Assembly: GCA_043827025.1 (NCBI GenBank)
Contig: JBDRPL010000019.1
Span: 24,273 to 88,272, forward strand
Length of the DNA stretch: 64,000 bases
Reading direction: 5' to 3'
Origin: Candidatus Micrarchaeota archaeon
GTDB taxonomy: Archaea; Micrarchaeota; Micrarchaeia; Anstonellales; Bilamarchaeaceae
This document shows positions 54,170-63,877 of the stretch, one piece after another. Each line of letters opens with the position of its first letter. Position 1 is the stretch's first letter. The translations under genes were made by a program, and so were the position numbers. The notes beneath the pieces were generated by a model. The model worked only from the letters and a program-made list of their open reading frames with translations, searched no databases and had not been told where the DNA came from.

Positions 54170-54898
54170 ATGATATTGGTAACCAATGACGACGGCTATT
54201 CCAGGGGCTTAGAAATGCTTCTTAAGGCTGCAAAGCAGGTGGATGAGGCATACGCAGTCATCCCTGCAAAGCACAGGAGTGCAGTTTCCTGCGCATTAAC
54301 ATCTCATAAGCCGCTTCGTTTTGCCAAGCATTCGCAGGACATTTATACCTTGAATGGCACTCCTGCAGATTGCGTTCTTTTTTCAATCTATTCAGGAGAT
54401 GTCACGAAACCAGATTTGATTCTTTCAGGCCTTAATTTCGGGGACAATTCAGGACTAAGCGCAATTATTTGTTCAGGCACTTTAGGTGCTTGCCTCACAG
54501 CTTCAGTTGAAGGCGTGCCTGCGATTGGCTTTTCGCTCTGCATTCCAAACCGGGATGCATGGAGAAATAAAACAGAGTGGGGCGATGAAACAAAAATAGT
54601 CGAAGCAATTGTCAAACTCATAAAAGAACTAAAATCCAAGATAAAAGACGGCATGTTTTTTAGTGTGAATCTGCCAATGTCTGATCTTGACAAGGCCAAA
54701 ATAATCTATCCGGAGAAATTGCAGAGATCAAGGTTCAAGACTATAATAACGAAAAGGAACGATCCTTATGATCTGCCGTATTATTGGTTGAGCGGTGATT
54801 ATTCCAATGCAGAAAAAGGAACTGACCTTTATGAAGTCCTGGTCAACAAAAATATCACAGTAACCCCAATTTCTATAAATATGTTGTACGATAAATAG
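54170..54898 (+). CDS. surE: 5'/3'-nucleotidase SurE
   Basis: MILVTNDDGYSRGL N-terminus and SGLNFGDN motif. 242 aa. Confidence 0.85.
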   Translation: MILVTNDDGYSRGLEMLLKAAKQVDEAYAVIPAKHRSAVSCALTSHKPLRFAKHSQDIYTLNGTPADCVLFSIYSGDVTKPDLILSGLNFGDNSGLSAIICSGTLGACLTASVEGVPAIGFSLCIPNRDAWRNKTEWGDETKIVEAIVKLIKELKSKIKDGMFFSVNLPMSDLDKAKIIYPEKLQRSRFKTIITKRNDPYDLPYYWLSGDYSNAEKGTDLYEVLVNKNITVTPISINMLYDK

Positions 54899-54900
54899 TT

Positions 54901-55338
54901 ATGAATTGGAAGGCACATGTTACAATTGCAATTTTTCTGGCACTGTTTTTATTTTATTTCATGCGCTTTCCATTTGAAGTTTCGTTGCCTTTGGTTATTT
55001 TTGCAGGTTTGAGTGCTTTAGTTCCTGACCTTGACCATGACATGAGCAAAGGAAGACAAATGCTCAATTATGCAGTTTTTGGCTATGCTATTGCATTTTC
55101 TTATTCTGCAAGTGGTTCACTTGGGCAGAAGTCCATTGTTTTCTTTGCAATAATCGGTGCCTATTTTTTGATTATCACTTTCCTAAAGCCAAGGCACAGA
55201 GGAATAGTCCATTCTATTTTGGTTTGTGTATTATATTCTTTGTTGGTCTATGTGCTGATTGGTTTGAATTTTGCAATTGCAGGATTTGTTGGGTATTTCT
55301 CGCATCTATTGGCGGATAAAGAAATGAAATTAATTTAG
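54901..55338 (+). CDS. DUF457/YdjM-like membrane-bound metal-dependent hydrolase family protein
   Basis: Multi-TM with LVPDLDHD and SHLLAD motifs. 145 aa. Confidence 0.45.
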   Translation: MNWKAHVTIAIFLALFLFYFMRFPFEVSLPLVIFAGLSALVPDLDHDMSKGRQMLNYAVFGYAIAFSYSASGSLGQKSIVFFAIIGAYFLIITFLKPRHRGIVHSILVCVLYSLLVYVLIGLNFAIAGFVGYFSHLLADKEMKLI

Positions 55339-55354
55339 AAAAGTAATTGAAAAA

Positions 55355-55549
55355 TCAGAACTGATTTATTAGTCTATTGACTCCGACCAATGCGATTGTT
55401 GATATGGCTCCCAGATGCATGCCTTTTGAATAATTGATTGGGCTCATGCCAAACACTATTCCAAGCATCATTTCTGCAGTTGATGCAACAAGCAATCCAT
55501 CTATCGCAAGACGGAGGTTTTTTATTATTTTGGTGTTTGACATAATCAT
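55355..55549 (-). CDS. small hydrophobic protein (64 aa)
   Basis: Two predicted TM segments. Weak support. Confidence 0.25.
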   Translation of the reverse strand: MIMSNTKIIKNLRLAIDGLLVASTAEMMLGIVFGMSPINYSKGMHLGAISTIALVGVNRLINQF

Positions 55550-55556
55550 TACCTAA

Positions 55557-55829
55557 TTATTTTCCTATTTCTGCAAATGCCTTTAGTGCTGCGAGTGCAG
55601 TTATTTCAGGAGAACCGCATGTATTTGTTGGTTTAATACCATTGTCAAACCTCTTGCCTTTCCATATTGGATCAATAGGTGGTGGTAGGACTGGGGTTGT
55701 GCCTCTAGGGCATATGTCGAAATATGCGTTCCATCTTGCCGAGCCAGGTTCACCCAATGCTCTTTCAACCCTCATTTGTTTTGCAAGTGTCCTAACTCCA
55801 ACTAACTGTTCGCGTTTTAATTTTGTCAA
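55557..55829 (-). CDS. hypothetical small protein, TTG start with an SD
   Basis: TTG at 55829 is preceded by GGTGA at -7 and by the shared BRE/TATA module. The ORF-track frame extends 9 nt further. No recognised family. Confidence 0.4.
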   Translation of the reverse strand: MTKLKREQLVGVRTLAKQMRVERALGEPGSARWNAYFDICPRGTTPVLPPPIDPIWKGKRFDNGIKPTNTCGSPEITALAALKAFAEIGK

Positions 55830-55865
55830 ATGGGTCACCTTTGGATACTATTAATTATGCGTATT

Positions 55866-55905
55866 TCTCTTTTTAAACCTTCCTTTTTAACCGCTTTCTA
55901 CAACA
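55866..55905 (-). promoter_or_regulatory. BRE/TATA promoter module, copy B (GTTGTAGAAAGCGGTTAAAAAGGAAGG-TTTAAAAAG)
   Basis: Near-identical to copy A at 51150-51200, in the same position relative to an SD+TTG start. Confidence 0.5.
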
Positions 55906-56316
55906 TTAAAGAACTTCTTTCCTTTTTGGTTCGCACTGGATATCTGCTGTTTTCTCAAGCCTTTCTTCGACGACTCCGTCCTTATTATAAGTAAAGAGGA
56001 TTATGTTGCAGTCATAGGTGCCAGGTTCTGTGTCCGAAGAGGCATAAACCTTTATTGCTTTTTCAAGGAACGCCCCGCTGTCAATTATCCCGATTCTTAT
56101 CCTGCCTTTGCCAAGTTGGCTTGTCGGAGATAATGAAATCTTTTCAGGAACATTCACATCTGCTTCTGCCCAGCAGACCTGACCCTTGTTTTCCATTCTA
56201 AGTATAATATCAATACTGTTCTGCATGTTCGCGAATAGCACTTCAGGATGCGTCTTGACCAATAGTTCTGCCATGGAATATTGCTGGAGGCAATATTTCT
56301 TAATTATTTGTCCCAT
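55906..56316 (-). CDS. hypothetical protein (136 aa)
   Basis: ORF overlapping the start of the downstream large surface-protein gene by ~17 nt. No recognised motifs. Confidence 0.35.
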   Translation of the reverse strand: MGQIIKKYCLQQYSMAELLVKTHPEVLFANMQNSIDIILRMENKGQVCWAEADVNVPEKISLSPTSQLGKGRIRIGIIDSGAFLEKAIKVYASSDTEPGTYDCNIILFTYNKDGVVEERLEKTADIQCEPKRKEVL

Positions 56317-58909
56317 ACTCTTCCATGATTTCCTCTTGACTCAATACTCTGTCATATATTTTCACTTCATCCATGTCTCCCCTGAAGAATGTGTTGATGC
56401 CTTTATTCGAGCCAATGTATATCATTGCTCCTGTGTCGAATCCGCCAATCCCACTTACTCCAAATTGCTTTATCATGGTGCCATTAACATAGACCTTTGC
56501 CATTGAATCGCGATCGAATGTCATCACGACTTGAGTCCATCTATTCTTTGGAATTACGGTTTTTGAAAGGTATGTCTCTGTAATCTCTCCATCCCTGAAT
56601 GCGAGATGCGGCCTTCTGGAACTCAGTATCATAGCATATGAAGGATCTGTATTCCTGTTTGACACCATATACCCTCCGCTGTAATTTGTTCTTACCCATA
56701 AGGATATTGAGAAATCTTCATTGTCTCCGAAATTGGTTTCGTCTGTTGTTTCTATCGAGATGTAGTCATTTGCCCCATCCATCCTGCATGCATTTCCTTT
56801 AACTCCGTTTGCTACGAATTGCATCTCTCCATGATATTGTTCCTGCCCAAAAGTATCGCAATTTATTGTCAATACAGGGCCTGCTGGAGGCAATGTTTGG
56901 TTTGTCTGGTTTTGAGTTGGGGGTTGCGTTTGGTTTGTATTGTTTTGAGGCTGAATCTCCCCAAGATATTCATATGCCCCAATGTCATATCCATTCCCAG
57001 ACGGCCTTGTATTCCCATCCATATCGAAAATAGGAGCAAGCATGCCAGTTCCCTTATCTATGGCAGGGCTATTCATAAGCAAACGGAAATTATTCAGATT
57101 CGCTGCAACAAATAATGGGTCAAGCCCCATTGAGCCTTGTTCCAGCCCAGTTTGTTGGGTCAACAATCCATTTTGGATGTCCTGAATCGTGAATCTGCCA
57201 TATTTTCCTTCAACAGCATAGTTGTTGCCTGTTCCGAAATAGATATTGTTGCTCATGCTTCTTACAGTTGCTCCATTTCCAATGTGGAATCCGCCGTTGT
57301 TGAATGCGAATATGTTGTTATGGAAAGAAAAGCTTGCAGTCTGGCCTGCATCATATACTGCGTATGCGCCATAATCTCCATATATTATTCCGTTGAATGC
57401 AATCACGTTGTTGATTACATCCACATCAGCGCCATTGGCAATGACCAGTCCTGCCAATCCATTGCGGTATGTCAGGGAATTTTTCATTGAGCCTCCGACT
57501 CCCCAAAGTTTTATTCCGTTCCTTGCGTTGTATCTTGAGATTGAATCAATGATCTGGGTATTGTCTGATTTTGAATCAAAACCGTCGCCTGCATTGTATT
57601 CGGAGAGCGAATTCTCGATGATTATATCATGGCTTCCACCTTCAAAAGCAATTCCGTCTGCAGCTGTGTTTGAGTCTGTACCCCCATTGTCACTCGCAGT
57701 GAAGTTCTTGAAATGCACGTAGTTGCATGGGCCAGGAGCACAGTCAAATCCTGCCAATTCATTATGGTGAGTCTTAAAATTTATAAGAGTCAAATAGCTT
57801 ACCTCTCCCAAAGATCCTGGATCTGTCACTCTGATTCCTGTGTTCGTATTATGTAAATCAATATTGCTAAATGTTATATGACTTGCTCCGCCATGCACAT
57901 AAATTCCATATCCTACGAAGTTTTTGATTTCTAAACCATTTATCACAAGATGTCTTGCTGAAGAAGTTATTGTTGGCATGTCCCACTTATACATTGTAGC
58001 TCCATCAATTACTACTTTTTCATTATCATATGCACTTATGGTTATAGGAGCGTTTTCAGTACCAGCAATGTCAAATAAAGCTGCCTGAGTATAGGTTCCA
58101 CCTCGAATATATAGGGCATCTCCAGGCTCTAGTCTGTCCAATCCTTCGCCTATTGTTGCGAGTGGTTGATCTATTGTTCCTGAGTTTGCATCGTTTCCTG
58201 TTGTTGATACATAATATGTACTCAAATTAGGCTGGGTCGGATCAACAGGTGTGTCATTCTGCGGTGGATTGACTGGCGGAAGCGTCTCGTTTTGCGCAGG
58301 TGGCTGAGTATTATTCTGCGGTGGTGTAATTGTTATCGGCGCAGGAGGGGTTGTATCATAATTTTCAATTCCCTGATCTCTCCCTTGAGGACAAACATTT
58401 GCCTGGCTTTCAACACCTGTTATTGGGTCAGTTATTATTGGATTAGAAATATATCTACAAGTGTCTGAATATTTTTCACCCATTGCATCTGTTCCATAGG
58501 GACCTTCATTATAAACACCGTCTTCATCTATGTCCCAGCATATCCATGCTCTTTGAGTATAAGGGTCTGCACCACCTAATCTATCTGCAATATTAAGAAC
58601 GTATCTCCATGTATTCGGATCCATTGTTATTTTTTTGTTTGTTGCTGGATCATAGGGGTTTGAAGCATTTACCAATGGATAAATCAGATAATAAGGATAG
58701 TATGCGGCATCAACATTGCAATATGCGTCGAACCCTACAACCTGTATGTCCATGTCTGTTGCATCTGGATTGTTATCGCCATCAACATCTGTGCTGTATG
58801 CAAATGCAAAACTGCTCAGAAACACCAGCATCAATCCAATTAAGAGAATTGTTTTTTTCATAGTAACCAGTCCTTGTAGCCAAATAATATTTTGACTCGT
58901 TACTGTCAT
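56300..58909 (-). CDS. secreted surface protein with parallel beta-helix repeats and a C-terminal ConA-like/LamG lectin domain
   Basis: Signal peptide (MKKTILLIGLMLVFLSSFAFA), two Pro/Thr/Gln/Asn-rich linkers, right-handed beta-helix-like repeats (NNVIAFNG, NSLTYRNGLAGL, SNIDLHNTNTGIRV), and C-terminal FSISLWVRT...DEVKIYDRVLSQEEI typical of Laminin_G_3. Confidence 0.6.
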   Translation of the reverse strand: MTVTSQNIIWLQGLVTMKKTILLIGLMLVFLSSFAFAYSTDVDGDNNPDATDMDIQVVGFDAYCNVDAAYYPYYLIYPLVNASNPYDPATNKKITMDPNTWRYVLNIADRLGGADPYTQRAWICWDIDEDGVYNEGPYGTDAMGEKYSDTCRYISNPIITDPITGVESQANVCPQGRDQGIENYDTTPPAPITITPPQNNTQPPAQNETLPPVNPPQNDTPVDPTQPNLSTYYVSTTGNDANSGTIDQPLATIGEGLDRLEPGDALYIRGGTYTQAALFDIAGTENAPITISAYDNEKVVIDGATMYKWDMPTITSSARHLVINGLEIKNFVGYGIYVHGGASHITFSNIDLHNTNTGIRVTDPGSLGEVSYLTLINFKTHHNELAGFDCAPGPCNYVHFKNFTASDNGGTDSNTAADGIAFEGGSHDIIIENSLSEYNAGDGFDSKSDNTQIIDSISRYNARNGIKLWGVGGSMKNSLTYRNGLAGLVIANGADVDVINNVIAFNGIIYGDYGAYAVYDAGQTASFSFHNNIFAFNNGGFHIGNGATVRSMSNNIYFGTGNNYAVEGKYGRFTIQDIQNGLLTQQTGLEQGSMGLDPLFVAANLNNFRLLMNSPAIDKGTGMLAPIFDMDGNTRPSGNGYDIGAYEYLGEIQPQNNTNQTQPPTQNQTNQTLPPAGPVLTINCDTFGQEQYHGEMQFVANGVKGNACRMDGANDYISIETTDETNFGDNEDFSISLWVRTNYSGGYMVSNRNTDPSYAMILSSRRPHLAFRDGEITETYLSKTVIPKNRWTQVVMTFDRDSMAKVYVNGTMIKQFGVSGIGGFDTGAMIYIGSNKGINTFFRGDMDEVKIYDRVLSQEEIMEEYGTNN

Positions 58910-59042
58910 TTGCAGTTCATATACTTAAATGTTCCAGTAACCTTTTCCAACTTTTTACGAAATTCGCAAATTAATGTTCAAACCTCAAACAATAACCTTT
59001 TAAATTTCAAACAATATCTTAGAATGCAATGGTGTTTTCTAC

Positions 59043-59489
59043 ATGATTCCAGAGTCAAAACTAATACGTTCAGAATTAACGCTAAGGGAAATGTCTTTGC
59101 CTGAAGAAACAAAGTTAACGCGCAAATCCCTCATTAGATGGGTTGCCCTTTCCTTTGGTTTAATTCATCCGAATGAATCAAGAAAGTTGTTGCTTGACGT
59201 GCTTGAAGTTCTATTCATGTATCATGTGAAAAATACCACTCCGACCACACAGCATGTGCTCGATTCCCTAAAAGAATTGGATGGAAAGGACCCGAACCCA
59301 AAGGCAGTTTATTATCATCTATTAAAATTGAAGGAAGCAGGCCTGATCTCCAGAAAGAAAGGGCAATATTATTTTGATGACGAAGGCAAGACCTTGTCAG
59401 AGACTTTTAAGGTGTTCTATCAGAAGAAGTTCAATGAGTCATTCAAGAACATTGACGAAGCGCTGAAAAAGCTGGAGACGAACTACTAG
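59043..59489 (+). CDS. putative winged-helix DNA-binding protein
   Basis: 148 aa with an HTH-like segment (PKAVYYHLLKLKEAGLISRKKGQYYF). Weak assignment. Confidence 0.35.
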   Translation: MIPESKLIRSELTLREMSLPEETKLTRKSLIRWVALSFGLIHPNESRKLLLDVLEVLFMYHVKNTTPTTQHVLDSLKELDGKDPNPKAVYYHLLKLKEAGLISRKKGQYYFDDEGKTLSETFKVFYQKKFNESFKNIDEALKKLETNY

Positions 59490-59529
59490 CAAACCGCAGG
59501 GGAATAAGTCATATTTAAAATAACATGTC

Positions 59530-60801
59530 ATGAATATTTTGGCAGGTAGTATTATGGTTGAACTTAAAGGTTTTTACAAGCTTTCCGTTGAAGAGCGATT
59601 GAAGCTCTTGGAACGCGAGAAATTGCTTTCTAATCAATCAGTCCAGCTCCTGAAAAATGGAAACGCGCTGAAGATTGAGGTTGCAGACAGAATGGTTGAG
59701 AATGTAATCGGAACAATCCAGTTGCCAATTGGCATAGCGACTAATTTCAAAATCAATGGAAAAGATTACCAGGTGCCTATGGCAATAGAAGAAGCATCTG
59801 TAATTGCAGCAGCATCCAAGGCTGCGAAGCTCTGTTTGCCAGAGGGGTTCACGGCAGAAGCCGATGAGCCAGTGATGATGGGCCATGTTCAGCTTATGAA
59901 CATATCCAATGTAGGGAATGCGTTGTCAAACCTAAGCAAGCACAGGAACGAAATCATTGCAATAGCAAGGGAATCCTCAAAAGTAATGGAGCAGTATGGC
60001 GGAGGATTTAGGGAAGTAGTATTCAAGGAATTGAAGAATGCAAGAACAGGGACAATTATTGCAGAATTTTACGTTGATGTAAGAGATGCAATGGGAGCCA
60101 ACACAGTCAACACGATTCTCGAACAAGTGGCTCCAATGCTTTCTGAAATCACAGGTGGAAAAACAAGATTAAGAATCATAAGCAATCTCGCAATCAGGAG
60201 AAAAGTAAGGGCAAAAGCCATATGGAAAAAAGAAGTAATCGGCGAAGATGGCGTTGAAGGTGTTTTGGATGGCTATGATTTTGCAAAGAATGATGTTTAC
60301 CGGTGCGCCACCCACAACAAAGGAGTGATGAATGGAATTGATGCAGTTGCAATTGCAACTGGCAATGACTGGCGCGCAGTTGAAGCAGGCATGCACAGTT
60401 TTGCATCATTGAATGGCTATCATCCAATAACAAAGTATGAGAAGGACAAGAATGGAAACCTTGTAGGAACAATCGAGCTTCCGCTTCCTGTTGCAACAGT
60501 TGGTGGCGCAATCAATACTCTGCCGCATGCGAAGGTGGCACTTGAGCTTCTTGGTGCAAAATCAGCGAAGGAACTTGCAATGGCCATGGTGTGCGTAGGG
60601 CTTGCCAATAATTTTGCTGCCCTATTGGCTTTGTCAACAGTAGGTATCCAGGAAGGCCATATGAAATTGCATTCAAGGAATCTTGCAGTGATCGCAGGTG
60701 CGAAAACAGATAAAGAAATAACTTGTGTTTCTGACAAGATGAACGAAGAAAAGAAATTCTCAGTTGATTATGCTAAAAAACTTTTGGAAGAAATGAGGTA
60801 G
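59530..60801 (+). CDS. hmgA: hydroxymethylglutaryl-CoA reductase (short, class II-like)
   Basis: DAMGANTVNT, a GTIEL...ATVGGA region and a C-terminal catalytic His region. 423 aa with an N-terminal ...FYKLSVEERL. Confidence 0.75.
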   Translation: MNILAGSIMVELKGFYKLSVEERLKLLEREKLLSNQSVQLLKNGNALKIEVADRMVENVIGTIQLPIGIATNFKINGKDYQVPMAIEEASVIAAASKAAKLCLPEGFTAEADEPVMMGHVQLMNISNVGNALSNLSKHRNEIIAIARESSKVMEQYGGGFREVVFKELKNARTGTIIAEFYVDVRDAMGANTVNTILEQVAPMLSEITGGKTRLRIISNLAIRRKVRAKAIWKKEVIGEDGVEGVLDGYDFAKNDVYRCATHNKGVMNGIDAVAIATGNDWRAVEAGMHSFASLNGYHPITKYEKDKNGNLVGTIELPLPVATVGGAINTLPHAKVALELLGAKSAKELAMAMVCVGLANNFAALLALSTVGIQEGHMKLHSRNLAVIAGAKTDKEITCVSDKMNEEKKFSVDYAKKLLEEMR

Positions 60802-60806
60802 AAAAA

Positions 60807-62201
60807 ATGAACGAAACATTCAAAAAGCACGCATTTCCAGTCATTCTCTTGATTTTGTTCTGCACAGGGATTTATCTTGCATTCGGTGGCGGCCCAATCT
60901 CAGACCATGCTTATGGGGAATTGCTCGAATACACGACAAAAGGATACATGCATCTTTTGAATCTGGATGTTTCCATGGTTCGTTTTGCAGTTTTATTCTT
61001 TACTTTCATTTCGTCTATTTTGGTTTATTTTTCATTCAAGGAAAACCAGAAGGTTGCAATACTGGCAGCAATGCTTTTCATGAGCGCGAATGTGCCTAAC
61101 ATGGTTTTCATAAATTCGATAATGCAGCCTTTAATAATGCTGATAGCTTCACTTGGATTCGCCCTTTTCTACCTCAACAAAAAATCCACTACCCGCTATC
61201 TTTCGGTCTTGCTTTTTTTGGCAGCTGTTTTTCTAGCTTATCCTTCATTTACTTACGAACTTTCATATCATGAGGTTGGCCTGTTGCTTCCTTTGGCAGT
61301 GCTTGGAATTTTCATGGCTGAGGAACTCGTATTCCTCGCAGTAGGCATTGCATTCCTTTATCTTTATCCTCAGATTTCAATGGTTGTGTTCGCATTCACA
61401 GGTGCTGCAGCATTGCAGAAATTCTTTAATGATTTCCAGAACAAGAAGATGTGGCTTGTTTTCCTGCTTGCGTTTTTCATTTCAGTTTTCAGTTTCGAGC
61501 TGGTGCAAAGCAATATTATATTAGGTGCAGTTGTAGGTGCGATGCTCTATGGAGTATTATATTTATATGAATTCAAAGTCGAAGGTTTGAAAACAGCGTT
61601 TATAGCTGCCTTGTTATTGTCATCAGTTCTCATAGGGCTTAATTCGGCATATGCAAGTGGAATGAGGAATCCGTCAAGCGGACATATTGAGCTTTACAAA
61701 TCTTTTGGCCCGCAATCCGCATATGTGCTTGCATTTCCAAATTCATTTGAGTATTATACTGGTGCAAAAGCCAATCTGCTGACAAGGGAGAACCTTCTCT
61801 CAAACAAGTCTGCGTCAGGAATGGCTGTAATCGCTTCAAGCGAAGACCTATTCCAATTGTTCAAGGATGACCCAATTGTATTCTATTTCTACGGCTTCTC
61901 GAAAAAGCCTGATGGGCAGTACGTTGCTGTTTTCTTTAACCCCACCTATGTTCTGCAGGTTCCTTCTGATCCAAATCTTGGATTTACTGACGATGCTTAT
62001 ATATTCGATCCGCAGACAGGCAAAACTATTTCGACAGTCATTTCCCCGAGGCTCAAACTTTTCAACAAGAAAGATGAGCTTTCTCAGGGCATACTTCTCA
62101 TAAATACAGAAGATGTAAGGGGTACGGTTCTATATAACATGTTATTCAATTCTCAGATCGTTTCAGAATTCGGTAACGTGAAACTCTTCAAGGTGGAATG
62201 A
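60807..62201 (+). CDS. polytopic membrane protein, possibly a GT-C-type glycosyltransferase
   Basis: About 9-10 TM helices followed by a ~150-aa soluble C-terminal domain. It sits between hmgA and a GPT-family gene. No WWDYG motif, so it is not an obvious AglB. Confidence 0.3.
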   Translation: MNETFKKHAFPVILLILFCTGIYLAFGGGPISDHAYGELLEYTTKGYMHLLNLDVSMVRFAVLFFTFISSILVYFSFKENQKVAILAAMLFMSANVPNMVFINSIMQPLIMLIASLGFALFYLNKKSTTRYLSVLLFLAAVFLAYPSFTYELSYHEVGLLLPLAVLGIFMAEELVFLAVGIAFLYLYPQISMVVFAFTGAAALQKFFNDFQNKKMWLVFLLAFFISVFSFELVQSNIILGAVVGAMLYGVLYLYEFKVEGLKTAFIAALLLSSVLIGLNSAYASGMRNPSSGHIELYKSFGPQSAYVLAFPNSFEYYTGAKANLLTRENLLSNKSASGMAVIASSEDLFQLFKDDPIVFYFYGFSKKPDGQYVAVFFNPTYVLQVPSDPNLGFTDDAYIFDPQTGKTISTVISPRLKLFNKKDELSQGILLINTEDVRGTVLYNMLFNSQIVSEFGNVKLFKVE

Positions 62202-63172
62202 TGCTGGTCTATCTTTCGGTATTTGCCATTTCTTTTCTCATTTGCTTTCTGTTTACCTATCTCCTGATTCCACGGTTGAGGCGGGTGGGCATTTCAGGCA
62301 AGGATATCAACAAGCCAGATGCCCCTGAAGTTGCGGAGATGGGCGGTCTTGCAATTGTCGCTGGTTTTTCAGCAGGTGTGTTGCTTGCAGTTTTTGCAAA
62401 CAGCTTCTTTTCATTCGATTTCAATTTGATCTTTATTCTTGCAGCCCTGATAACGATACTTGCAGTTGCAATAATAGGCATAGTGGATGATCTGCTCGAC
62501 ATTCCCCAATGGTTCAAAGCACTGCTTCCCCTATTCGCAGCAGTTCCACTTATTGCAGTGAATGCAGCTGAAAGCACATCTATTTTGATACCCTTTATAG
62601 GTCCAGTTGATTTTGGGATTTTTTTCCTTATAGTCCTTATCCCTATCGGAGTTGCAGTTTCATCCAATCTCACAAATATGTTTGCAGGTTTCAATGGCCT
62701 TGAATCCTCTCTCGGAGTCGTGATATTTGCGACTGTTGCAATACTTGCCCTCACGCATGGGTTGACTGAGATGTCTATCCTTTCCATAGCGATAATCGGT
62801 GCGCTTCTTGCATTTTTGGTCTTCAACAGATATCCTTCAAAAATATTTCCAGGGGATGTTGGCAACCTTTCCATTGGCGCAATACTTGCAAGTGCAGTCA
62901 TAATAGGCAATTTTGAGGCAGCTGGCGCTCTTTTGCTGATTCCATACATCATCGATTTTTTTATAAAAGCATACAATAAATTCCCGAGCAGCAAATGGTG
63001 GGGCGTTCCTAAGGATGGGAAGCTCTATCCTGTTGATGGCAAGGTCAGAGGATTTGCACAGCTTGTTATGAAGAGGTTCAATGGCATCAGCGAACAGAGG
63101 CTTGTACTGTTCTTCATTTGCCTTGAGATATTGGTTGCTGTTGCTGTTCTGGGATTTTTCTTCACGAACTAA
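62198..63172 (+). CDS. aglH: UDP-HexNAc:polyprenol-phosphate HexNAc-1-phosphate transferase (MraY/WecA/AglH GPT family)
   Basis: IGIVDDLLDI (DDxxD), NMFAGFNGLE and NRYPSKIFPGDVGNLSIGAIL, in the order conserved in the GPT family. 324 aa. Confidence 0.75.
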   Translation: MMLVYLSVFAISFLICFLFTYLLIPRLRRVGISGKDINKPDAPEVAEMGGLAIVAGFSAGVLLAVFANSFFSFDFNLIFILAALITILAVAIIGIVDDLLDIPQWFKALLPLFAAVPLIAVNAAESTSILIPFIGPVDFGIFFLIVLIPIGVAVSSNLTNMFAGFNGLESSLGVVIFATVAILALTHGLTEMSILSIAIIGALLAFLVFNRYPSKIFPGDVGNLSIGAILASAVIIGNFEAAGALLLIPYIIDFFIKAYNKFPSSKWWGVPKDGKLYPVDGKVRGFAQLVMKRFNGISEQRLVLFFICLEILVAVAVLGFFFTN

Positions 63173-63204
63173 TTTTTTCCAATTTGCTATTACTTTAAAT
63201 TACT

Positions 63205-63846
63205 TTGTTTATAACCTTACGTGCAATGGCATCAAAATACTTACACGCACAGAACCTGGGAGGTTACATTCGCTTTGGAACTGATGGCAGGAAAAGAAGC
63301 CTTTGGACCTTGCATAACGGAGTTCTTGCAGAATACCATTTCCATGAAATTTACAAGAGATTGGCTGAAGTGAATGGGCTATGGAAAACTCATTTTCGGA
63401 TCCCAAGTCTTGATTTTGTAAGATTTCTGCTCCACGAACGTCGTGATCTTTTTAGTACCTATCTTACAGGCCAGGATCTTATAGTTGATAGGGTGGTTGC
63501 TTATGAAAGGCAAGGTGTTCCTCTTGGAGGCGTGGTTTCTTTTGAATCCAAAGGCAGGACTTTTGTCATGCCAACAGGGCAGTTCATAGGTTTGACTGAT
63601 GTTGCATTAATGGTTTCATATTATAGTTCTCGTATTAGTGAGGTTGATAGTAAAGTGATTATATGTCCTCTGAAAACTAGGCTAGTTTCAGTTGAGGCTT
63701 TTCGATCTAATGGTTTGGATCCTGGTCTTCCCAGAGAGGTGTTAACTCTTGATTCAGCATTTGTGGGTCCTTTGGTCATCCCATTGGACAAAAATGGAGA
63801 ACCAAAATCAATTGACTTGACCCGGACTACATTCAGAATTGATTGA
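63205..63846 (+). CDS. hypothetical protein (213 aa)
   Basis: ORF downstream of the GPT gene. No recognised motifs. Confidence 0.35.
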   Translation: MFITLRAMASKYLHAQNLGGYIRFGTDGRKRSLWTLHNGVLAEYHFHEIYKRLAEVNGLWKTHFRIPSLDFVRFLLHERRDLFSTYLTGQDLIVDRVVAYERQGVPLGGVVSFESKGRTFVMPTGQFIGLTDVALMVSYYSSRISEVDSKVIICPLKTRLVSVEAFRSNGLDPGLPREVLTLDSAFVGPLVIPLDKNGEPKSIDLTRTTFRID

Positions 63847-63877
63847 CTTAAATTTTTTTCATAATCTGTAGAAATTG

